A DNA stretch of 64,000 nt from an uncultured Planctomycetota bacterium (GTDB lineage: Bacteria; Planctomycetota; Planctomycetia; Isosphaerales; Isosphaeraceae), in assembly GCA_963845755.1 (NCBI GenBank), contig CAWJTV010000038.1:32001-96000 (forward strand), read 5' to 3'. Of the stretch, positions 55,831 to 64,000 are shown piece by piece (position 1 is the first letter of the stretch; each line of letters starts with the position of its first letter). Position numbers and translations under genes: made by a program. The notes under the pieces were generated by a model. That model did not search any database and was not told the origin of the DNA. It saw nothing but the letters and a program-made list of their open reading frames with translations.

Positions 55831-57303
55831 ATGTTCGTGCGACGGTTTCGAAGTTGTGTCGCCGTCGCCGCCTTGCTGACCGCGGGACAGGCTGCGGCGT
55901 TTCAGGCAAGCCGGCCGGTCGAAGGGAGGCCGGTACCCGCCGGGACCGAACCCTTACTGCCGGGAGCATTGGGACGCGTACCGGACGGGATCGGCACCGG
56001 CGCGCCGTTCGACGTCGCGGCGTTCTTCGCGGCACCACCGGCCGATCTCAACGCCGCCCCCCTTTATCTCGATGCCCTGTTCGAGTTCGATCCCGTGATG
56101 GCCGCCTGTTTCCCGGCGAATGCGGAGACGGCGCGGCGGAAACAGATCGCCGAGCCGAGGATCCAGTCCGTAAGCCAGGCGTATGACGCATTCGTGAAAG
56201 ACCCGGCGTCGGTCTCCGCCGAGGCGATCGACCGGCTGGTCGCGGACCTCGAAACGGGGATGCGCAGAGTGGAGGAAGCCCAGCGCCGCCCGCGGTGCGT
56301 GTTCCAGACCGGCCTGAGTCTCAGGAGCCCGCCGGTCCACGCCCATGCGGCCCGTCAGGTCGCGCGCCTCGCGGTCTTGCGAACCCGGCGCAGTCTCGAC
56401 CGCGGAGACCTCGAGCAGCCGCTGCACGATCTTGCGATCGTTTTGCGCCTGGCTCGCGATCTCCGCCCCCGCGGACCGATGACCTGCCAGCTCGTCGCCA
56501 CCACGATGACCGGGGTGTGCAGCAGACAAATCACCCTTCCCCTGCTGGCCAATCCGGCTTTCGGCGACCAGCACGCGCGCCGGCTCTTGAAGCTCTGGGC
56601 CGACCACGAAGCGAACTCGATCGACGGGTACCGAGAGGGACTCCAGGCGGAATACGTGACGCTCCGCAAGCTCCTCGCGGAGGTGCTGAAGGACCCCCAC
56701 GGATCGATCCCCGACTTGCTCGATCGGATCCTCAACAACCGAAGGGAAGGCCCGAGTGAGAAGCCCAGGGCCTACACTCAGATCGTGCGGCATCAGATCG
56801 AGGGCATGACCGTCGAGCAGGTCAACCAGGTGAACTCCAAGGTCAACGAGGTTTTTCGCGACTTGCTGGCCCTCGAGGATCGCCCGTTCCCGCGCTGGCC
56901 CGAGGAGCCGTTCGACGTCAAGCAGTTCGTGGATGGCTCGTTCTATGCGAAGCTACCAGCCATCGTTCTCCCGGCCGCCCGTTCCTGCGGTGAGGCCGAG
57001 TCCCGTGCGAAGGCGTATGTCCGGTGCACCATGAGTCTCATCGCCCTGAGAATGTGGATGGATCGGACGCACCGGCTGCCGACGGACCTCGACGACGTAA
57101 TCAAGGCCGCCGGCCTGCCGAAGGTTCCGGTCAACCCGTATTCCGGCGACCCTCTTCGCCTGGCGATCATCGACGGCAAGCCGGTGATCTACTCGATCGG
57201 CAAGGACGGTCGCGACGATGGCGGGAAGATCGACTCCAACTATGACCATAAGCCGGGTGATCTGACGTTCCGCCTCCCGGCGATCGAGGAGCCGGAACGA
57301 TGA
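55831..57303 (+). CDS. Exported helical hypothetical protein
   Basis: Signal peptide; C-terminal LP..L..L..VPVNPYSG..L..VIYSIG.DG.DDGG motif. Confidence 0.7.
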   Translation: MFVRRFRSCVAVAALLTAGQAAAFQASRPVEGRPVPAGTEPLLPGALGRVPDGIGTGAPFDVAAFFAAPPADLNAAPLYLDALFEFDPVMAACFPANAETARRKQIAEPRIQSVSQAYDAFVKDPASVSAEAIDRLVADLETGMRRVEEAQRRPRCVFQTGLSLRSPPVHAHAARQVARLAVLRTRRSLDRGDLEQPLHDLAIVLRLARDLRPRGPMTCQLVATTMTGVCSRQITLPLLANPAFGDQHARRLLKLWADHEANSIDGYREGLQAEYVTLRKLLAEVLKDPHGSIPDLLDRILNNRREGPSEKPRAYTQIVRHQIEGMTVEQVNQVNSKVNEVFRDLLALEDRPFPRWPEEPFDVKQFVDGSFYAKLPAIVLPAARSCGEAESRAKAYVRCTMSLIALRMWMDRTHRLPTDLDDVIKAAGLPKVPVNPYSGDPLRLAIIDGKPVIYSIGKDGRDDGGKIDSNYDHKPGDLTFRLPAIEEPER

Positions 57304-57410
57304 CGCCCGCCGAGGAGGCCACGACCCGCGCCTACCGCGTCGCGCTCACCGGCTTAGGGATCATCCGGATGCAGACGGGCTTGCTGAGATCCGTGATCGA
57401 TCATCTCACC

Positions 57411-58853
57411 TCAGGCCAGGATCTCCCGGATGACGCGGCCGTGGACGTCGGTCAATCGCCGGTCGATGCCATTGTGGCGAAAGGTCAGGCGGGTATGGTC
57501 GATGCCGAGCAGGTGGAGCGCGGTGGCGTGGAGGTCGTAGCCGTAGGTGGGGTTCTCGGCGGCCTTGTATGACCACTCGTCGCTGGCGCCATGAGTTATG
57601 CCGCCCTTGATGCCTCCGCCGGCCAGCCAGGAGGTGAAGGTCGCCGGATTGTGATCGCGTCCCTTGCCGCCCTGACTGCACGGCATCCGGCCGAACTCGG
57701 TGGTCCAGATGATGAGCGTGTCGTCGAGCATCCCGCGCGACTTGAGGTCCTTGATCAGGGCCGCGGCGGGCCGGTCCATGCTCCGGCCCATCTCGCCGTG
57801 GTCGCGGGCGATGTCCTCGTGCGAGTCCCAATTGCGACGCGGGAACCCGTTGTCCGCGCCGCTCCAGACCTGGACGAACCGCACGCCGCGCTCAAGCAAC
57901 CGGCGGGCGACCAGGCAGTTTTGGCCGAAGTCGGCCGTGATCGGCTCATCCAGGCCGTAGAGGTCCCGGGTGGCGTGAGACTCGCTGGAGAGATTCAGCA
58001 CCTCGGGCGCGCTCAATTGCAGCCGGGCGGCCAGTTCGTAGGAAGCGATCCGCGCGTCGAGCCGCGAGTCACCGTCGCGCCCGGCGCGATGCGCGCGGTT
58101 CAGCGTATCGAGCAAGGCCAGCCCGTCACGCTGGCTATCGGGGGTCAGTTCCGGATCGTCGGGCGGGAACAGGTCGAAGATCGGGTTCCGGGAGGCGGCC
58201 TTGACCATCGTCCCCTGATAGGCCGCCGGCAGGAACCCGGCGGCCCAGTTGGCCGGCCCGTTCGGGGCGAACCCGCGCGAGTCGGGCAGGACCACGAATG
58301 CCGGCAGGTTGTCGTTGAGGCTGCCCAGGCCGTACGAGACCCACGCACCGAAGCTCGGGAAGCCCGGGAGGACGAACCCCGTGTTCTGCATGAACGTCGC
58401 CGGCCCGTGCACGTTCGACCTCGAGATCATCGCCGGCAGGAACGCCATGTCGTCAACGCAATCGGCCAGATGGACGACCAGGTCGCTCATCCACTTGCCG
58501 CAGCCGCCGTATTGCTTCCAGCTCCAGGGGCTCTTCATGACCGCGCCCGGCGTGCTCTGGAACAGCTCGATCTTGCCCCCCGGGTCGAACCGCTCGCCGT
58601 GCTTCCGGATCAGCAGCGGCTTGTAGTCGAACAGGTCGCACTGGCTGGCCGCGCCCGACATGAAGAACTCGACGACCCGCCGCGCCCGTGCCGGATGGTG
58701 CAGCCCGCCATTCCACTCCGAATGAGCCCGGTGTGACGCGCCGTCACCGGCCAGCAATCCCTCGGTTCCGAGCATGTGCGCCAATGCGACTCCTCCGAGG
58801 CCGCCCCCGGCGCTCCAGAGGAAGCGACGCCGATCAAGTCGATGCGCGCTCAT
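57411..58853 (-). CDS. DUF1501 domain protein
   Basis: Twin-Arg RRRFL, FMSGAASQCDLFDYKP, PSFGAWVSYGLG, ARRLLERGVRFVQ, TTEFGR, GRDHN. Confidence 0.95.
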   Translation of the reverse strand: MSAHRLDRRRFLWSAGGGLGGVALAHMLGTEGLLAGDGASHRAHSEWNGGLHHPARARRVVEFFMSGAASQCDLFDYKPLLIRKHGERFDPGGKIELFQSTPGAVMKSPWSWKQYGGCGKWMSDLVVHLADCVDDMAFLPAMISRSNVHGPATFMQNTGFVLPGFPSFGAWVSYGLGSLNDNLPAFVVLPDSRGFAPNGPANWAAGFLPAAYQGTMVKAASRNPIFDLFPPDDPELTPDSQRDGLALLDTLNRAHRAGRDGDSRLDARIASYELAARLQLSAPEVLNLSSESHATRDLYGLDEPITADFGQNCLVARRLLERGVRFVQVWSGADNGFPRRNWDSHEDIARDHGEMGRSMDRPAAALIKDLKSRGMLDDTLIIWTTEFGRMPCSQGGKGRDHNPATFTSWLAGGGIKGGITHGASDEWSYKAAENPTYGYDLHATALHLLGIDHTRLTFRHNGIDRRLTDVHGRVIREILA

Positions 58854-58874
58854 GGGCCGTCCTCAAAGGTTCTC

Positions 58875-61800
58875 TCAATCAATAAACAGAAACTCATTCG
58901 TATTGAACAAGAGTCGACAGGCGTTGGCCAGGCCATGTTTCACGACGTATGCGATCGTGGCGTCACGCTCGGCAGGGTTCGGCGGTCGTCCCAGCGCGCG
59001 GACGAACGCGGCCTCGACCTGCCGCGCCGGGTCGCGATCGAGGCTCGCGACCCGGCGCGCGAACTCGTGCGATTGCTTGACCATGAATACGTCATTGAGT
59101 AGCGCGCAGCGCCTGGAGGGCCGTGATCGTCGTGCTCCGCACCGGCGTGTTCACGTTCGGGTCGGCGCCGTCCATGCAATCAAGGAACGGGTTGGGCACG
59201 CTCCGCACGATGAACCGATAGATCGTGCGGCGGCGCACCCGGGGATTGTCGATCGCCTCGGGCGCGGTGTGGTCATAAATCGGCGAGTGGTCATCCTTGA
59301 ACCGGAACAGCTCGAAGCCCGGCCCGCCCATCCGAGAATCGAGCGTGCCGCTGACGGCCAGGACGCTGTCGCGCAGCTCTTCGGCGTCGAGCCGCTGGCG
59401 GTTCATCCTCCAGAGCCATCGGTTGTCGCCGTCGACCTTGGCGGCGGCGGGGTCGTCGCGCGACGACTGCCGGTAGACGGCGCTGGTGACGATCAACCGG
59501 TGGATCGACTTGAGCGACTGGCCGCCGCCATCGCGGAGTTCGACCGCGAGCCAGTCGAGCAGGTCCGGGTGGGTCGGCCTCGATCCATTCCGACCGAAGT
59601 CGTTGGGCGTGTCGACCAGTCCGCGCCCGAAATGGTAGTGCCAGAGTCGGTTGGCGATCGAGCGCCAGGTGAGACGATTGGCGGGGCTGGCGATCCAGTC
59701 GGCCAGCGCGGCGCGGCGTGCCCCCTCATCCTGGGAATGGGGGAGTGTGAAGAGAGGATCGAGCCCCGGCACACACGAGAGCGACCCGGGCCGGACCGCC
59801 TCGCCGGGCTGCTCGACGTCACCGCGGCGGAGCACGGAGATCGGCCGCGGAGCGTGGGGCCTCACGCCGTAGACCATCTCACCGGGAGGCAGATCCTTGA
59901 TCCGCGCATCCCGCTCGGCCATCTCCTTGCGGGCCGACTCGAGTTCCGCGCGCAAGCTCGGGTCGATCAGGGTGCCGGCCAGGCGGCGCCGGTTGCGGAC
60001 CAACTGCTGGATTCGCGCGAGGAGTTCGTGGCGGCGGGCCGCCGACAGATCGGCCGGTCCCGGCCGGCGGCGCCGGCTATCGAAGCCATCCACCAGGTGC
60101 GCACGTCCCCACAATCCCCCCTCGATCGAGTCGAGCGCGGACACCGCCGCACCCCGGGCGACGTTCTCGCCACCGGAGATCACCTCCAGCTCGGAAAGTG
60201 CGAAGATATAATCATTTGTCCGCTTCCAGAGCCGGCCGGCCGTGACGCGTACGAACCGCGCGGGCCTTCCGTCGGCGCGGGCGACGTAGGGCTCGTCCTC
60301 GACGTTGGGCACGTCGGGCCGCTCCTCATCCGCGACGGCGATCGTCCGGCCTTTCGCGAAGGTCGGGTCTTCGGAGACTTCGACCCGGAACCGCACGGGG
60401 AACCCGAAGCCGCGCGTGTCGGCGAAGTCTACGGGACGGGCCGGGACCAGCCGGATCTCCTCGATGGGCACCGAGCGGCCCAGGTCCGCCTGGACCCACG
60501 CCGTGGCCTCGGGCGTGGCATGGATCGCCGAGTGGTACCCGTTGCTCGGGCTGGGCGACTTCCCCTCGGGACGCGGAGCATCGCCCAGCTCCGCACGAAG
60601 CGCTTTCAATGTCGCATCCAACCGGGCAAGTTCCGGGCTGGCCAGCGCAGCGATCCTGCGCTCGGCCGTTCCGAGGCGATTGGCAGCCGCGCGGCGTTCC
60701 TGTTCCAGCTCGCCTCGGAGCCGATCGGTTTCCCGGGTGTCATACGGCCGGTCGCCGCGATCGATGCCCGCGAACACCGCCTGCAATCGGTAATAGTCGC
60801 GCTGGGGAATCGGGTCGAATTTGTGGTCGTGGCATCGGGCACAGTGGACCGTCAGGCTGACGAAGGTGGACATGGTGTTGGACACCATGTCGTCGCGGTC
60901 GATCAATCGAGTCTTGAGCTTCTCGACGGTCGTCTCGCCCAGCTCGACGTGGCCGACGAAGTCCCACGGCCCGGCTGCGATGAACCCGGTGGCGATCACG
61001 CCGCGCGGGTCGTTCGGCTCGAGCACGTCGCCGGCGACCTGCTCGTGGATGAATCGGGAGTACGGCACATCCTCATTCAAGGATCGGATCACATAATCGC
61101 GGTAAGGCCAGGCATGATCCCGGCGCTTGTCCTTGTCGTAACCGTGGGTATCGCCATAGTGGACGACGTCGAGCCAGTGCCGGCCCCACCGTTCGCCGTA
61201 TCGCGGCGACGCCAGGAGTCGGTCGACCACCTTCTCGTAGGCGTCGGGAGCGCCGTCGCCGAGGAAGCGGTCGATCTCGTCGGGGGTCGGCGGCAGGCCG
61301 TGCAGGTCGAAGGTCACGCGGCGGATCAACGGCCGGCGATCGGCCTCGGGGCCGGGACGGAGGCGCCGGTCCTCGAGCTGACCGAGGATGAACCCATCGA
61401 TCGGCGTGCGAACCCAACGCCGGTCGCGGACCGCGGGCAGAGTCGGCCGGGTCAGCGGTCGGAACGCCCACCATGCCTCTCCGTCGAACCGGCGATCCCG
61501 CAGCGCCAGGTCCTCGGGCCAGCGAGCGCCCTGTTCGATCCACCGCCGCAGGCCCTCCACCTGGTCCTTCGAGAGCGGCTTATCCTTCTGGGGCATCTCG
61601 GGTGGATCGCCGGAGACCATGTCGAGGAGCGGGCTTTCCTCGGGCTTCCCCGGCTCGACGACCGGCCCGTTCTTACCACCTCGCCTCAATGCCGCGGCGG
61701 TCGTCAGCGACAACCCGCCCTTAGCCGAGGTCGCCCCGTGACAATGAACGCATCGCTTCTCGAAGATCGGCGCGACCTGATCGCGGAACAGCCGGTCCGG

Positions 61801-61875
61801 CTCGGCGGCGACGGCATCCGCCATCAATCCGAGCACAATCCCCAGCCCCACGACGATGTGCGCTGCCATGGTCAT
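58875..61875 (-). CDS. Planctomycete cytochrome c / DUF1549 / DUF1553 protein with an F5/8-like insert (frameshift at about 59110)
   Basis: CVHCH, RRVTFDLHGLPPT, YGERWGRHWLD, CARCHDHKFDPI, NRLWHYHFGRG, THPDLLDWLA; the C-terminus LLFNTNEFLFID is in the second frame. Confidence 0.95.
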
Positions 61876-62235
61876 GAATGATCTCTCAAAGAACGTCAAT
61901 CCGACGGAATGGTCAACGGACTCACCTTCCGGTGCGCAACCTCGCCTTGGGTCGGACCAGGAACCCGCCACCAACTGGTCGGACCACTTATCACGAATGA
62001 TAGTGGGGGTCCTGATGGAGCGTCAAGGATCAGATGGGATGTCTGGCCGAGGAGGTATTTTAAATGTTTAGATAAATATTTTTAAGTTATCTTTGTAAAT
62101 AACACGCACGACCGCGCCATTCCGCAGGGTTCGCTACGACTGAAGGAGCAAGGAAGCCTCGTCGCTCGAACTCGGATTACCCGAGATCAAGAACTCGGGG
62201 AATCCACCCGTCAACAGGAACTTGCGCCTATAATC

Positions 62236-62499
62236 TTAAAAACCCGCTACGTCAATCCGCTCTTTGATACATGCGGTGATCGTCGAGAAGAGCGTGTCGC
62301 GGACAGGGATCGTGATCCCTCGCTCAATGAGTGCCAGGTATTCGGACGAAACCTTGAGCGAGCGGATCCGCACCGCAACGAGCCGGGCCGACTTGATCGC
62401 CGAGACGAAGTCGTGAAAAAGCGGATGCAAGCAATCCCACCGGACCCAGCAGGGCAAGCCGATATCCCCATTCTTCCGCCCGAACTCGGCGCCCGTCAT
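62236..62499 (-). other. Possible degenerate XRE-type helix-turn-helix ORF
   Basis: LKVSSEYLALIERGITIP resembles an XRE recognition helix and turn; the rest of the ORF is unconvincing. Confidence 0.25.
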
Positions 62500-63080
62500 C
62501 GCTGTGTCGACAGAGACCCGTGACTCGCACCGGGCCGCGCGTTCGGATTCTCGCGGACAGGCGGACCATGCCGATCCCCAAGGCTCACTCGCGATTCAGG
62601 AGGGGTCTCGATGAGCGAAACCGGCGAGACCCTCGGCCTGAGGCTTTCGTGATCCGCGGGCACGCCTGCGAGCCAATAAGGTGGTATTCTCTGGATCGCC
62701 CCGCCCATGATTGCATTGCCTGGCGAGACTCCTTTCTGATAGAATCCGCGGTGTTAAACAATTGTCACGCTAGCGTCGGAAGGAACGGGATGAGTAAGAT
62801 AGAAGGGGACGCTTTCCTCCGAGCGCAGCCGGTGAATGCCTGCGAGGGTCGTTTAGGGCGCACGGCTTCGGGCGACCGGGAGGATCGAGCTTCGTGCTGC
62901 AACGTCAACCACCCACCCCCGGCCCGAGATGGACACCGAGGACGATTCTCACCGAAATGACTGAGAGAGACCGGGAGCCTCGCCCGGAGTGAGGCGCTGA
63001 TCAGCCGGCCCAGGGGACTGGACCTGGAAGGTTGAACGCGACCGACGACCTCGCAGATCGCTACATGGGAGCAGACCGAG

Positions 63081-64000
63081 ATGGCGAAGATCATGGCGAA
63101 AGGGAGTTGGGGGATCGGGGCCCTGGTGGTCCTGTTGATGGGGTCGGTCGCGGCCGGCGCCTCGGATGAGAAAGAGAAGGCCAAGGCGAAGGTCAAGAAA
63201 CCGGCCGGTACGGCGGTGTCGGCCTCGGGGCCGAAGATCAGTTACGACCGGCAGATCCGCCCGATCCTCCAGGCCCAGTGCCAGGGTTGCCATCAGCCGG
63301 CCAAGGCTGGCGGTGCCTATGTGATGACGGCCTTCGATCGGATGCTCAAGGGTGGCGAGAGCGACGTGCCAGCGATCGTGCCCGGCAAGCCGGATGAAAG
63401 CTACCTCATCGACAAGATCACCCCCCAGGACGGCAAGGCGGAGATGCCCCAGGACAAGCCGCCGCTGTCGACCGCCGAGATCGAGCTGATCGGCCGATGG
63501 ATCGCCCAGGGCGCCGCGGATGACATGCCCCAGAACGCCAAGGCGCGGTACGACATGAATCATCCCCCCGAGTACACCCGGCTGCCGGTGATCCCGGCCC
63601 TGGCGTTCTCGCCCGATGGGTCGCTCCTGGCGATCGCCGCGTTCCATGAAGTCCTGCTCTGGAAGGCCGACGGATCCGAGCTGGTCGGCCGGCTGGTGGG
63701 CCTCTCCGAACGCGTCGAGTCGCTGGCGTTCTCGCCCGACGGCAAGAAGCTTGCCGTCACCGGCGGGCGCCCGCGCGAATGGGCGAGGTGCAGGTCTGGG
63801 ACGTCGCCGAGCGCAAGCTCTTGCTCTCCGTCCCGGTCACCTATGACACCGTCTACGGCGCAAGCTGGTCGCCCGACGGCACCAAGATCGCCTTCGGCTG
63901 CGTGGATAACACCGTCCGGGCCATCGACGCCAAGACCGGCCAGCAGGTGCTGTTCATGGGCTCGCACAGCGACTGGGCCCTCAACACGGTCTTCTCGGCC
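63081..64000 (+). CDS. Planctomycete cytochrome c / WD40 protein (3' partial; frameshift at about 63775; absent from the ORF track)
   Basis: Manual translation: [21 protein letters not shown].., [53 protein letters not shown]. Confidence 0.88.
   Translation, partial: MAKIMAKGSWGIGALVVLLMGSVAAGASDEKEKAKAKVKKPAGTAVSASGPKISYDRQIRPILQAQCQGCHQPAKAGGAYVMTAFDRMLKGGESDVPAIVPGKPDESYLIDKITPQDGKAEMPQDKPPLSTAEIELIGRWIAQGAADDMPQNAKARYDMNHPPEYTRLPVIPALAFSPDGSLLAIAAFHEVLLWKADGSELVGRLVGLSERVESLAFSPDGKKLAVTGGRPREWARCRSGTSPSASSCSPSRSPMTPSTAQAGRPTAPRSPSAAWITPSGPSTPRPASRCCSWARTATGPSTRSSR

Noticed and set aside
58774..61881. 1035-aa plus-strand ORF and similar long shadow ORFs (8708-9940, 10032-11318, 54638-56038, 57591-58736)
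   Set aside because: They are antisense or off-frame to well-supported genes, have no motifs, and are expected in high-GC DNA.

Overview
This is a GC-rich bacterial window, very likely from a planctomycete. Signs include DUF1501/DUF1553/DUF1559 genes, planctomycete-type cytochrome c domains, an LEPLEDR N-terminal motif, a C-terminally extended ECF sigma factor, a WD40 Ser/Thr kinase and an HYExAFE protein. Most of it is housekeeping (mfd, trpE, mcsA-mcsA-mcsB, coaD, aroB, dprA) mixed with typical planctomycete accessory genes. Many genes, including conserved ones, carry small frameshifts, which looks like long-read assembly error rather than gene decay. The standout is a minus-strand locus at about 24.98-27.54 kb: a cyanobactin PatA-type subtilisin protease with the PatA/PatG C-terminal DUF, followed by two paralogous small genes. 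Both peptides have PatE-like leaders ending in PatA-type recognition motifs (GVSAS, GIEPA). Their cores are long (62 and 47 aa) and share an 8-Cys framework, and no heterocyclase, macrocyclase or prenyltransferase lies nearby. This is a candidate stripped-down RiPP system making cysteine-rich mini-proteins, and a WD40/TPR Ser/Thr kinase lies directly downstream. Other observations: a four-helix-bundle gene framed by inverted heptamer repeats with an apparent empty copy elsewhere, two more heptamer-hairpin families, REP-like palindromes and two orphan gene fragments. No rRNA, tRNA or CRISPR array was recognised. All assignments come from motif recognition by eye; no database searches were run.
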